A stretch of 64,000 nucleotides of DNA. Source: Cyanophora paradoxa CCMP329. Its lineage: Eukaryota > Plantae > Glaucophyta. The position numbers and the translations under genes were made by a program. The stretch is taken from NCBI GenBank assembly GCA_004431415.1, contig QPMI01000222.1, positions 62,001 through 126,000 on the forward strand, in the 5' to 3' direction. Positions 11,615 through 25,018 of this stretch are shown here, one piece after another; position 1 is the first letter of the stretch; each line of letters begins with the position of its first letter. The notes under the pieces were generated by a model. It searched no databases. It was given only the letters and a program-made list of their open reading frames with translations, and had not been told where the DNA came from.

Positions 11615-13744
11615 ATGCAGCGCGTCGGCGTCCCTCCCGGCAACCCCAACGAGTCGCTCGCCGATCCCGGCACGCCCGTCAAGCGGCTCGGCGACAAGCG
11701 GGCGCGGGAGGTCAACGAACGCGGGTTCTTCACGGCTGTATCCGGAGCGGTGATCGCCCTCATGTACGCCACTTCCTTCTTTCTGCTTCAATACTAGAAG
11801 CGTCACGGATCGGATGGCGCCGATTGGCGTGCTCGGGGCGGTGCGCGACGAGAGCCGCTGACGCCGACGCACGTTCGCAGGCTCGCGATGCTCATCGGCT
11901 CCACGCTCACTGGTGCGCTTCGAGAGATCGCGCGCTTCGAATTCTGCCCGTCGCGCCGCGCTCGCCTCGGGCTCGGGCTCTTCTCGCTGCAATCGATATC
12001 GACGCGTCTCACGCGCCGCGGGGCCTGGAAAGCCACGAAGTTTTGTCTTCTGAGCTTTCTTTCCTCGGAACTTCCGCAGCCTACAATTACCACGTGAGGG
12101 CCTCTTCGCTTCAGGACGAGCTCATCCAGCTGAAGAATCGAATCGAGGCCGGCGCCTTACGCGGTGCGCTCTTCTTGGCTTTCCAGTTCTCGTACCGCAT
12201 CTTCTGATGTCGGCGCCGTGTGCCTTTTCGCACCACAGGCATGGACGTCGCGAAGGACGCGCTCCACAAGGCGGAGGAGGCCGTCGGCATGGGGACGCAC
12301 CGCGCGGGCGAGGCCGCCAGTGCGGCCCAAGATATGGCGAGCGGCGCGGCTTCGGCGGCGAAGGAGAAGGCGATGGGCGCGGCGGAGGTGGTGCGCGAGA
12401 GGGCGGCCGGGGCGGCTGACACTGTGCGTGACAAGGCAGCCGCCTCGATGCCGGCTCCGGGAGCCGCGTGGGACAGTGTCGACCAGGTGTGCTCAGCGCT
12501 TTCGAGTGCTGCTTCGAGCTCGCACGCCGTCGCAGCTGAAGCCTGCGCGCCTGCAGGCGATGCACCGCATCCGGGACGCTTTCAGCGGCGTCATGCGCCA
12601 CGCCCGTCCGGCAGAGAAGAAGACGCACGAGAAGGCGCCAGGCACCGGCTTCCCCGACCTCCCTGCGCTCCTGCAGGACGTCGACGCCGGTGCGGTGCCG
12701 CGATTCGATCGCTGATCATGATCTCGAAATCGCTCTCCTGCTCCCGCATCCGCGCTTCGTCTGACCGGAGCTGGCGGCTCGCGTGTGTGCAGGCGTCGGA
12801 GAGCTCTTCAAGGTCCGCGGATCCCTGGATTCAAAATTTGATCCCAAGTTCGCTCTTCGAGAGCCCCGCCCATTGATCCGCAGGCCCTCCCGACGCTCGC
12901 GGACGCGGTCGGCGAGTGGGAGCCCACGGTGCGAATTTAAATTCAAGTTCGCTTTGACCCAACGCGCACGGCCCTGACTCCGCGCACGCGCCCGCGCACG
13001 CACAGGCGCAGCTGCGCGACGAGCGGGACGAGTGGGTCGTCGACGTGGCCGCACCCGCCGGCTCCAAGCCCTCCTTCACGGCCCGCCCCCGCTCCCCTCG
13101 CTCGAGCTCGAGCTCGCTCCAGCCCGCGCCGCCCGAGCTCTGACTTCGTTCGCCAGGTGGACGTGGTCGGCTCGCTCGTCGTGGTTGCTGCGGAGGAGGC
13201 GGAGGACACGGGCAGCGGCGACGTCTCCACCCACCGCCACCGCCGCGTGCGCATGCGTGCATATGCATGCGGAGGAGCTCTTCGACATTGACCTTCTAGA
13301 TTCTTCGATATCAACCTTCTAGCGCTAGCTATAGATTCCTCGATGTGTCTTCGATATTCCTCTGTAGATTCTTACATATATATGCGGAGGGGCTGGCTGA
13401 CGGGCCCGCGCCGGCCCGCCCACGCGCGCGCGCAGTTCGTGCAGTCGTTCTCCGTCCCCGGGCTCCCGCGCGTCGACCCCTCCTCTATCTCGGTGCGCGC
13501 GCATGCCCACGCGCCCCAAATTCAAGATCTAGGTCAAGCGCGAAGCTGAAACACTGGGCGAGCGCCTTGTAATTACGCTCTCGGCCTGGTCATGGCCGCG
13601 CAGGCCTCGACGGGGGCGGACGGCGCCTCGCTGGTCGTTCGCATCCCGAAGAGCGCGGCCGCCCTCCACCCCGGCGCCTACCGCGTGCCCCTCGCACCAG
13701 CGCCCGCGGGCGCCGCCGCCGCCGACGCCTCCGCCGCCGCTTGA
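11615..13744 (+). CDS. Membrane-anchored small heat-shock protein: TM, coiled coil, LEA-like repeats, alpha-crystallin (Hsp20) domain
   Basis: Introns join MQRVG...FFTAVSGAVIALMLAMLIGSTLTAYNY (TM) to LQDELIQLKNRIEAGALRG, then in frame to MDVAKDALHKAEEA...AKEKAMGAAEVVRERA (LEA-like), then LRDERDEWVVDVAAP...VDVVGSLVVVAAE...RRFVQSFSVPGLPRVDPSSISASTGADGASLVVRIPK (ACD). Stop TGA at 13742-13744. Confidence 0.7.
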
Positions 13745-14760
13745 GCTCGCGCTTTCTCGTGAGGAGCGGATCGGAGGGGCAGGAGTAGCTTTAGACTGTA
13801 GTAGGAGCGGTCGGGCCGGTTGCAGGGAGTCCGATCCCGGCCCGGGCTGCTGTAAATAATGTCGTCGACGTCGACGTCCCCATCGAGCTCTTCCTCTGAT
13901 CATGATCCCAGGCGAGCGCCACTAGCTAGCGCTGGTGCTTGTTCGAAATCTTCGAATTCGGATCATCGAATTCGAATTCGATCGATATCGATATCGATAT
14001 CGCGAATATTAATGTTGACGATTTGGTTGCAATGGGGGGGTACCGGTGATCTTTCAAAAAAAGACGTGGGGTTGATGCGAAAGTTCGTCGATCGCGACCG
14101 ATCCGGTCGACGTCGATCCAAAATCCGGATCCGGCGCTGAACTTGAAACGGCGCCGCGCGCGCTCGCGGTCGCGCGCGCTGCGCTGCGCGCACTGCGCGC
14201 GGCAATGCGCGCGGCAATGCGCCGGGCGCCGCCGGCGCAGGCCCGGCGGCCGCGCAGGCCGCGGGCCCGCGGCCCGCGGCCCGGGCGCCGGCGCCCGGGA
14301 ATCGCATGCGCAGCCCGGGCAGCCCCCAGGTGCACTGGCCCCTCAGGGCCTGGGCGGCGAGTCTCAGCCTGGGCCGGGGGGCGGCGGGCCGGGGGCGGCA
14401 GGCTGCCACTGCCTGCCAGCAATTGCAAACGCGCGCTTCTATTGTGAAGCGGCCAGCGGCGCCGCGGCGGTAGTATCCGCGGCCCGCGGTACCGGTCGAC
14501 GTCTAGCTAGCTGGCAGTAGTAGCTGCTAGCCTAGAAGCTCCCGTACGCCCGGCCGGCCGTACGCGACGGTACCGTAGTACGCGTGCACAATCTTCATCG
14601 ACCCGCTTCTTCATCGATCGATATCCGGGGCTTGCGTGCACATGTAGTTAGTTTTGGCCCGGCCAGCAAAAGAACAGCTGATCATGAACCCAGCCGCGCG
14701 GATGCACATGCATATGTGCGCGTGCGCGCCTACGTGGCCCTGTAGCTAGCTAGGCCTCGA

Positions 14761-15791
14761 ATGCCGCACAGGCTCGCCCCCGGCCCGCCGCTCGCCGCGG
14801 GCGTCTCCCGGGAGGCGCTCCAGCGCATCCTGACGCACCTGCCGGGCGATGTGCTCCTCCAGTGCCGCGAGCAGCTCGCCGCTGTCCGCGGCGGCGAGCG
14901 CGTGGCCGTCGCCCCGCTCTCGGGCGCCGTTCTTCTCATCGATGGTGCGCGCGGATTCGCCAACCCATGGCCATGGCCATCCTCGTGCCGCTTAAACTTA
15001 TAATCACACCGGATCCAGTTGCTGGCTTCTCCGCCCTGGCTTCGGCGCTCCTGGGGTCCGACGCGATAAATGCGGCCGAACGGGTGCGCGTGCGTGCGCG
15101 ATTCCGCGGGCCGCGGCCGGCCCGCACAGAGTACTCTTGCACGTGCTGACTCGAGATCTGCACTCCTGCGCCGCCCCGCCTGCCCGCGCGCGCGCAGCTG
15201 AACTCCATCCTGTCGGACTACTTCTCGTGCCTCGTGGAGACGCTGCACTCCCGCGGCTGCGACGCCCTCACTTTTATCGGTGCGCATGCCCTAGGCCTCC
15301 GGTTCCGCTGCTCAGCGGCTTTCGGGCCGCGCCGGCGCCGCGCGCCTCAAGATCCCTGCCCATGCGCCGACACGCGCGCGCGGCGCCGGCAGGAGACGCT
15401 GTGCTGGCGTTCGTGCCGGCGGCAGCGGGCCCGGGGGCGGATTCGAAGGACGGCGGCGGCGGCAGCGGGGATCGATGTCCGGATCCGGATCCGCGTGCGC
15501 AGCAGCTGGCGGCGTGCGCGGCACTGGCGGCGCACGCGGCGCTCGACGTGCGCGCCATGCGATTCGAGCGGGAGGGCCGCCTCCTCACCGCCCACACCGG
15601 CATAGGTGCCTCCGATCCGCGCCCGCCCGCCCGCCCCCCCGCCCGCCGCACCGCTGCGCGCGCTCCCCGGCTCGCCCTCTTTGCTAAGAATATCGCTCGC
15701 TCTCTCGCTCGCGCACGCGCAGGGCTGGGCGAGATGCGGGTGTACCTGATGCGGGGAGGCGACCGCGAAGCAGACCGCGAAGCAGACTGCG

Positions 15792-15828
<37 letters not shown>

Positions 15829-18800
15829 GCTGCACGCGGTCTTCGCGGGGCCGGCGGTGGAGGAGGCGTGCCGCGCCCAGCGCGCCTCTGCTGGGGACGA
15901 AGTCCTCCTCGGCCCCGCCGCCGCCGCCGCCCTCGGTCCCCGCCTCCCCTCCGAGCCCCACGGGCCGCCTTCCGGATCCCTGCGCCGCCTCGTGCCTCCA
16001 TCCCGCCTGCCCGCCCCTCGCCAGCCCTCCTCTTTTGGCTCGGGCTCCTTCCTCCCCCCTCCCTGCGCCTGCGCCGCGTCTCGCCCCGCCGGCCTGGCGG
16101 CGGCGCTGGGGCCGTTCGAGGCGGAGCTGGCGGCGCTCGCCCCCGCCGGCCTCGCCGGGGACCGGGCCGTCCTCGCGGGCGACATTCGCAACGTGTTCTG
16201 CCTCTTCGGTACGCGCCTATTTATAGCCGACATCGACGTCGATGCCGGCGCCGACGCGGTTACAATCACTAAGTTAACGTTGTGGCGCGCGCGGCTCGCC
16301 CGTGGTCCCCCGCCCGTCTAGCTAGCTACAGCTGACGTCGATCCGATCCGACTCGGCTAACGTTGCGGCGCGCGCGCGCGGCCCGCAGCGAGCTTCCCCG
16401 AGCTCGACCTGTTGGATCCGCCGACGCCGACGGGGCCCGGGCCCGGGCCCCTGCCGCCGGCCGCCCACGCGGAGCGCTTCGGCCAGTGCGTGCGCGCGCT
16501 GCACGGCGTCGCGTCCGAGTACGGCGGCTGCGTCAACAAGGTCATGCTGTGCGCCCGGTCTCTGTATCCAGCCTCTTGAGCTTCCCAGTCTCATATATAA
16601 ATTCGAATTCTTAAATTAGAATAAATTCTTAAGCTTCTTAAGCTGCTTCAGATTCACATTCTGATAACAAGGTCATGCTGTGCGCCGGGTCCCATATACA
16701 TCCAGCCTCTTAAGCTTCCCAGTCTCATGTAAATTCGAATTCAGCCGCTGAGCTTCTAAGCTTCCCATTCTTATAAATATATTCAGCTTCTTAAGCTTCT
16801 TAAGCTGCTTCAGATTCACATGCATATATTAGATGTGCGCCTGGTCCCATCTTCCTCGTTGACGCAGCCGCCTTCTTCTTCTTCTAACTCTAATTTTCTA
16901 ATTAATCTTCTTCTTCGCGCACTTTGTCGCCCCAAATTAGAGTTAACGGAGCGCCGCGCCTGCAGGGACGAGAAAGGAGCGTCCGCGATCATGGCGTTCG
17001 GCCTCGCCGGCTTCTCCCACGAGGACGACTGCGGTCCGCCCCCTCGCGGCCGGGCTACTGGCGATGCTCCTCGCGCGCCGCGGCCCTCTGATCATGCCGC
17101 CGCGCTCGCTCGCAGAGCGGGCCCTTAGCGCCGCGGCAGCGCTCGGCCAGTGGTTCGCTGGCGCCGGCAGCCCTTTCGCATGCGGGGTGCGCGACCCGCT
17201 GCCATCCGACCCCCTCTAGATCCCACTGTCGCTGGCGCTCTTTGATTCGAATGCGGTGCTCAGATCTCATCGGGGCGAGTGTTCCAAGGGACGCTGGGGC
17301 CGCCGTGCCGGCGCGAAAGCATGATCATCGGAGACTGCATTGTGCGCGACTGCTTTATAATTATATCCAGCCGTCTCGTTTCGTTCTTGTATAATTACGT
17401 TCTGATCGTGGCTCTCTCGTCTCACAGATAATGGCGGCGCGCCTAATGCAGGCGGCCCGGGCAGCGACCGGCGCCGGCGCCAACGGCGCTGGCGCCATGG
17501 CCGGAAGCGACGGGGCCAGGAGGCAGGAGGTCCTTTGCGACACCGGCGTCGCCTCCTCTGCCACCGCAGCGACCTTCCGCGCCGGAGGGTCGCGCAGCGC
17601 CCGCACCCGCAACCGGGGCTACGTCCTGTACCCACTCTCCCCGATTCGAATCATCAAAGGCGCCTCGACCGCCGTCCCCGTCTTTCGGGTCGAGGTCCCG
17701 TCTTTGGAAATCTCAGCGAAATCTCCGGATACGAGCCGGCCGTCCTCCTTGGCGCTCCTCCCCTCGAATATTACTCCTGTCGGCGCTGGCGCTGGCGCCA
17801 GCGCCGGCGCCGGAGACGCGTACGGCGTCTGCATCGGGCACTCCGCCTTCGTCGGAAGGGAGGCGGAGCTTGCGCGAGCCACGGCGGCCATTGACGCCGT
17901 CCTTTCGCGCGGGAGCGGCTCGACGGTCGTCGTCGTCGGCGATGCAGGCGAGTGCTGCTGCTGGCCGGTACTAGTACTAGGCTCGGAGCAGGACGCTAAA
18001 TTAAATGAAGCGTGCATATAACGTTAACGTGTTTGGCTCGACGAGCTGACGTGGCACCGCTGCGCGCGCGCAGGCCTGGGGAAGACGCGGTTGCTGGAGG
18101 AAATGGAGGACGTGTGCACGGCTCGCGGAATGGCGGTGCTGCGGGGCGGGCCGCCGCCGCTGGAGGCGACCGTGCCGCTGTGGGCCCTACGGGGCGTCGT
18201 CGCCTCTGTGCTCGACACCGACAGCGCGCAGGCAAGGCGTCTGTGTATCGCTTCTTCCCTCCCTCTCCGTTTGCGCTGAGCGTTGGCTCGAATTCTGGGT
18301 ACACACAGGCGCTGCGGCAGAGCGCGCTGAGGCGGGGCCTCCTGACCTCCGCCGACGCTGGCTTGCTTTGGGCCTGCCTGTTCGAGGACCCCTCGAGGGA
18401 AGCGGCGGCCGCGGGCTCGGGAGGATCCGGCAAGGGGTGGCTCAGCCAGCGCAACCAGAGCTACATGGGCTCCCGATCGCGCACGAACATGTTCGACGGC
18501 AACACAGGTGAGCCTATGGCTAGGGCCTCCGGCCGCGGATCCGCCTCACGATCACGATCACTCTTCTTACTTTGCCCTTTATGTGCAGGCCTCGCGTCGG
18601 CCCTGTTCGAGGTGGGCCTCGTCGGTCTCCGCGTCGCCGAGTGCGTCTCGCGCCTCCTGGCCGGCCTGGAGCGCGAGGGCGCCGGGCTCGGCAAGGGCGC
18701 GCCGCGGCCGGTCGCGCTCTTCATAGAAGACGCCCACCTGCTCGACAGGTCCGTCTGTGCGAAACGCCGACATTAGTATATAATTAGGACGTCGACGTTC

Positions 18801-21800
18801 TAATTAACATCTGACGGCGACCGCGACGGCAGCGCGAGCTGGTTCGTGCTGCGCTGCCTGCGCGACGTGTCCGCGTCGCTTCTCCTCGTCATCTCGACGC
18901 GCCCGACGGAGGACCCGCCCCGCGACTTCGCCATCCTCGCCGGCCTGGCGGTGGACCGCGCCGGCCCCGGGACCATCTCCGCCAGCTCCTCCGAGGCCAG
19001 CCGAAAGCAGCTGGACGGCGCCGCTAACGTTACCCCGGGCCTCGAGCTCGCGGAGTCGGTACCGGTCGTGCCATTAGAGCTCGCAGAAGCCGACGATCGG
19101 GAGGACAAGTCGTCGACGGCAACAGACGTTTCTAGGGCCGAAGATGCGAGGCTTCCGCCGCTGCGGGCGCCCGTGCGCGTCGAGCTCATCGAACTCAAGC
19201 CCCTGAGCCCCGCCGCCGCCTCGAGCCTTCTTGATGTGCGCACACGCATTACTATTGTTGGTCTTCTCTTGCAATTGTTTTGCTAGCCGCCGCTGACATG
19301 TGCTCAGAATCTGTGGCCTGCCGTCGCGAGCTGGCCAGCGGTGCCCCACCGTCTTAACGCCTCGCTGTTTTCGCGCATGTACATGTGCCTCACTTTGTGC
19401 TGCAGGCCGAGAAGAATGCCGTCATCGAAAAGGCTGGCGGGGTGGTGCGTCCCTCAAACTCGCATCTAATTTATAATCTCGTTCCAGAGGACGGGTGTTG
19501 ACTCCGTTCATCAGCCACTCTTTCTGGTGGAGCTTGCGAGGGCCCAGCTCGACGGAGGGACTTTTCCCCGCACCATTCCCGACACGATCGCACAGGCGCT
19601 TTAATTTCCCGAAATCTCATCTCACTGTGCAGAGTTGACGCTTCTGGCGATGGCCATGGGGCGCGCGCAGATCGTGCTGGCGCGGGCGGATCGGCTGTCG
19701 CAGGCCGCGCAGGCGGTGGCGCGGCTGGCGGCTGTCATCGGCGCCGGCTTCACGGCCGAGGCGACGGCGGCGGCGGCGCGGCCGAACGGGATGGCGCCCG
19801 ACGCCATCCGGGCCGGGCTCAGGGACCTCGTCCGCGCCGGGCTCGCCCGGGCCCACGGGTCCAGCGACGCCGACCCCCTAGGCCTCGCGATCGCCAGCCA
19901 GAAGAGCTCAAGTGTTTCTGGCGCGGCTTGCGGGACGTCGACGGACGCGTGGCCGCCCGCCAATCTTCACTTCAGCTTCACGCACGCCCTCGTCAAGGCG
20001 GCTCTGTACGAGGCCACGCCGCTCTCGGCGCGGCGGCGCGTGCACCTCGCGTACGGGGCGTACCTCGCGGCGCGCGACACGGATATGGCGGCGGCGGCGG
20101 CGGCGCAGCACTTCCGCCTCGCCGGCAACCACGCCGAGTGCCTCGTCCATCTGCAGCGGGCGGCGCTGTTCGCGTATCGCTCCAACGCTCTACTGGAGGC
20201 CCGACGCGCATTCTCCGAGGTTTGCCACGGGCACCCATGCCACAGAACTCCTAGATTCTAAGCTGTGAGGATGACCGCTTTGCGCTCGTCAGATCGCGTG
20301 CACGATCGACGACCAGCGGATGGCCGGCGACGTGCCGCCGATTCCGGAGTCCCTGCGGGCTTCCGCGGGCCTCTCCACGGGTTCGAATTCAGTCAAGGCG
20401 GATTCGGGGCTTAAGGACCCGCGGCAGCAGCGCCGTTGGCTTGTCGCCCGTGCCTGCGCCCTCCGGTCGTGCGTCCATACCCAGCACATGAAGCTTCTCT
20501 AATGATTGCCATTGATCCGTATGTACGCGCAGTTGGGCCTCTATAGAGTACGTGCAATCGCGTTACCACTAGCACTAATGTAATATTCGTAAAGCTGCTA
20601 ATTATAACGGCCGAACAACTCGCTCCAGATACTACCTCGGACGCACAAGTATCACCATCGGTCTCTCTGTGCGTCCCCATTCTTTTGCACCGCGCGCATT
20701 TCGAACACGTGCACATGCACGTGCACGTTGACGTGTCTGACGCGCGCTTGCCATTGCTCGTTCAGCGCATCTGCGCCGAGAGTCTTGGCGAACGCTTGCC
20801 GGCCAACGTCGGCTCGACCATGGCCGTCATCCGTGAGCGCGCGCGCGCGCGCGCGCCTCTGCACATCCGCCATCGAACGGCGGTGGTGATGCCGCCGTTC
20901 ACGTTCGTTTAGGGCGCTTGGCGCGCGTCGCAAAGCTGGTGGTACGGGGCGCTCGCACGCGGGAGCGCTCGCCCGAGCTCGGGTCCGGAGTGGACGCGGT
21001 CGACTCCGAGGCCCGCGAGGCCCTCGTCGAGTCGCTCGCGTGCGCGCGCCCCCTCCAGCTTCGATTTCCGTCGAATTTCGATCGATGTCCGCGAAGTTTG
21101 ACTTGACGCCTGCGCCCGCGCCTCGCGCAGTCTCATCACGTGGTCGGTGATGAAGGCAGGGGTGGGTAGCGGCCCCGACGCGTACCAGGCGAGTACTAGT
21201 GCTCGTCGCGGCGCCCCGGCCCCTCGAACTCGACCTCCTCGCCGACGCCGACGACGCCGCCGACGCCGACACGCGCGCAGTTGGCGTCGGAGGCGCTCGT
21301 GCGCGCCTGCGCCATCTCGGACGCGACGCCCGACGAGGCGCTCGCCCTCGTCGACCTCCGCGTCCGCGCCAACTTCGGCAGTGCGCGAACCGCGCCCCGC
21401 CTTTGTTTCAAGTTCATTATAAAATTACCTTTATATAATCAACACGGATAGCAGAACATGCTGAATCTAAAACATCAATTGTCTCTAAAACATCATAGTG
21501 TCCGCGCCAACTTCGGCAGTGCGCGAACCGCGCCCCGCCGCGCCGCGCCGCGCTTTCGTTTCTAGTTCAAATTTACATTTCGCCTCCCTCCCTGTCGTGT
21601 AATCGTGTCTGTCTGTCGGCTTGACGCGGTACACGCACACACGTACCTGCAGCCCTGCTCACGTTCCTGGGGATGCACAAGATCGCCCGCAAGGTCAACG
21701 TCTGGTACGAGTCTCTCGCGGACCGACTCGACTCTCCCGACGCGCGGTGCGGCCATAGGCCCGCCGCAACCGAAGTGTTGCACTTTTTGTTGTCGTCCAG

Positions 21801-23366
21801 CGTTGAAGCGCTTCTTTTCTCCTGCGCAGATTCGTCGTCGCGAACCACAGGGCGATTCACCTCTGCGCGAGCGGCCGCTTCCGTGAGGGCGCTGCGGCCT
21901 ACCGCGCGGCCATCGGCAACGGCGGATTGCTGCCCATCGGCAACGAGGTCAGTCTCGTCGCCTCGAGTTTAAGCTTAAAGCTTCTTGCAGCGTGACGTCT
22001 TCGGCGTTGTTGAGAGTCTTCCTCTCGCACGCAGGCCCGATGGTACTACGCGACGGCTCTGGCATTGATGGGAAACTTTGCCGAGGCGACGCGCGTCGTA
22101 CAGGAGTCGCTCGCCTTCGCCTCTCGCTTCGGCATCGGCGAGCACAGTGCGTGGCGGCCTTCAGAGCAGGGCCTTTCGTTCAACGTTTCCCGTTGAAATT
22201 CAAATTAATCGCAGCCGTGAACATGGCCACGCTGGTCGACGCCTGCTGCTGCATCCTGCTGGGCAAAAGCGACAAAGAGGCGGCGGCCCGCGCCTCCCGA
22301 GCCGAGCAGGCGCGCGCATTGTTTCCTCGGCCCATATCTTGCGCCTTTCCTTTGGAAAGTCGACTTACGAGGCGGCTTCCAGATGGGGAGCGAGGGGTGG
22401 GTCGCCGAGTGGACGCGCGCAGTTCGCGCCATCCTCGCGTGGCGCGGCGGCGACGAGGCCGCCGCGCAGGCGGCGGTCGACGTCTGCCTCGCCTTCTGGC
22501 GCCGTAACTACACTGCCATGGTCCGTCAACGTCGCGCGCCGTTTGATCCCCCTGGCTTCCTGATCCGATTTCTTTCTTTCCGCCTTCAGTTGTGGGCCCA
22601 CAGCTGTGCGCGCGTCTACATTTGTTTCTTCTGCTTTGTCGGAGTTATATTACTTTCGCTGACTTCGAATTCGCTCTTCGATCGCCGCAGTTGTGCCCAT
22701 TGTCGTGATGGATTTCGCGCTCCACCGCCTCGCGCGGGCCCGCGCCGACCTCGCGGTTGCCAGGAGCTCTGAGCCCGTTTCTCCCTTCTTCGCCTGTCTT
22801 CGGCCGCGGCGCCCGCGGTCGGCGCCGCCTCCCGTCCGGCCGCGGGTTTCCCCTGTCCCCGAGGCCTCCGCCAACGGATCGGCCGTCGAGGTCCGGGCCA
22901 GCACGCCGCCGGCCAAGTTCGGGCGCGCCGGCGCCGCCGCTGTGCACCCGGAGGCAGCCGATGCGTTCCCGTCGCTCCCATCGCTGCGCGAGGCGCGGGC
23001 GGAGGCGGCGCGGGCGGAGGCGCTCGCGCGAGAGGCGCTGGCCCTAATGGAGGAGACCCGCCGGCGGCGACTCCCCCTGCTCGCCCCCTTCGCCCTCCTC
23101 GCGCGGGCCGGCCTCGAGCGCCCCGAAGCCGACCCGGCGCCCGCCTCCGCCTCCTGCGCGCCGCCCGCGCCTCCTTCGCCGCGTCCGGCCTCCGCTGCTG
23201 GGAGGCGCTGGCCGCTCTCCGCCTCGCCCGCTCGCCCGCCTGCCCCGCGGCCGAGGCGGCCGAGGCCGCCGCCGCCGCCGCTCGCATCGCCGCCGAGACC
23301 GGGCTCCGCATCCCCGCCGCCTCGCGGACCACTCTCCCTGACGAGTTCATCTCCATGTGGGCTTAA
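14761..23366 (+). CDS. Soluble adenylyl cyclase (ADCY10/sAC)-like protein: two class III cyclase domains, STAND P-loop NTPase, helical/TPR region
   Basis: C1 GAVLLIDVAGFSAL, LNSILSDYFSCLVE, FIGDAVLAF; C2 YGGCVNKV...DEKGASAIMAFG...HEDD, ISSGRVFQG, AARLMQ; FVGREAEL; Walker A VVVGDAGLGKTRLL; Walker B LFIEDAHLLD; KAGG.PLFLVEL; FSFTHALVKAALYE. Probable indel near 23150; last-exon frame ends ...FISMWA TAA at 23364-23366. Confidence 0.85.
16535..16850. repeat. Intronic tandem duplication (about 131 bp period) that includes the upstream exon end and donor
   Basis: aacaaggtcatgctgtgcgcc at 16535 and 16666; a degenerate third start near 16834; shared aagcttcttaagctgcttcagattcaca. Confidence 0.85.
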
Positions 23367-25018
23367 GCTTAATAGAACCGCCGGCGCGGCGCCGCTTTGT
23401 ATACACTACGTATGCTTACAGAGAATGCTTGTTTTCGTAGAGAATGCTTGAGCTGGATCCTTTTTTCTGCAAGCTTTTAAGCCTAAGCTTAATCGATATT
23501 TTGACTCCTCGCTCGAGCACGCATGATGCAGTATACGTAGTGCAGCAGTTTTCGCGTAGGTTTTCCGTTTCAATCTTGCCGCAGTGCAATCAGTCACAAG
23601 CTTAAGATCTCGAGCAATAGTGCGAGCGTATGATCATTTAAGGAATACGTTATCATGAGCAACAGGTCGAATCGTTCATGGTCATCTAGTTTTTTTGAGA
23701 GACTACGGAAGGGCGAACCCCCCGTAGGTTCATCTAGCTGATTCGATTCAATGATTGGACATGCAGTACGTATATATATATACTAGTCAGACCACATGCC
23801 TATAAATTAAAGCTAGGCTCGACACGATAACAAGTTTGGCCGACAGCTGCCGCAGTGCAGCTGTTCAGTTCGACCACAGTTCATCAGATTATGTACACTG
23901 ATCATGTATACGTAACTTGCACATGAGATCTATATCATGTTCGAATCGAATCCTTTACAAGTCGCAATGCAATGATCATGGCATGCCGTGATCATGCTAT
24001 CAATAATTGTGTTTGATCTTAGTGCACTCGTATTCACCAAAAAAAAACGTATTAATATTGCGAGGGTGCATGCGCAGCTGCGGTTTGTCGACGTCGACTC
24101 GTACTACGGTACTGCGGCGAAATTAAATTCTGCAGCCTGGCAGCATCGACGTCGACATGTGCATCGAATCATATCCCGAGTCCAGCATGAATCGATCATG
24201 ATCATAATCCTTGAATTGCAGCTTAAGTTAACTCGTTTTCGACGTTTCTCAGCAACCCTGGCTTAAAGCTTGCCAAGTTGCATTTGCGAGTACCAGTCGA
24301 CGTACGCGTCGACGTCTAATTATGATACTTGATCATGACTCAATCTAGCTATAGCTATAGATCTGCAGTTATCACTGATCTCGCTGATCGATGTCGATAT
24401 TGTATATCACATGGACTACGCGAGTTTCGAGAATGGCGAGCAGCATAAACAAAAAACAGGAAAGAATTCGAATCGATCGCGAGAATCAAAGGCGCGAGTG
24501 ATAAGGAGAACGCGCACGGTGGTAAATCGCGATCGATGTCGCAGATGAGATCGAAATGAAAGCGACACCAGCAACAAGCCTCAAAGGTTCCAAGGAGGAG
24601 CTCGAGAAGGATCCGGATCAAGCTCAAGCTCAGCGGCTTAAGATCCAATGATCGATTGCAAGATTAGGAAACGAGGCTAGGCACTAAGATATAATGATCA
24701 CAGCATCAGCACTAGATAGTAGAGCGAATAATACAAGATCGATATCTGTCATAGTATAGAGAAGGCTGGAGACTCAACGACGGCAGAGAGGGCACCGCAT
24801 TCGCTGACACCTAAATATGAGCACAAACAGGAATCGGAAATGGACGAACTTATCTAAATGCATTTGCCTTCCGGACTCTAGGCCTGCGCATGCAGCCGGG
24901 ACTCTCAGAGTCTATAGCTAGCCATATATAGCCTATCTAGATCTGTATACGTAGGTTGCCACTAATTGGTGCCGGAGACGTCGCCACGCACTATGACGTT
25001 GTATGAGGAGGCCTAGGC

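Noticed and set aside
13963-14520. Small GC-rich ORFs upstream of the cyclase gene
   Set aside because: No domain similarity or clear splice signals; probably promoter or UTR.
23400-25000. Hidden gene or ncRNA between the cyclase and CHASE genes
   Set aside because: Stop-rich, palindrome-rich sequence with no exon-like codon usage; no tRNA, rRNA or snRNA hallmarks seen.
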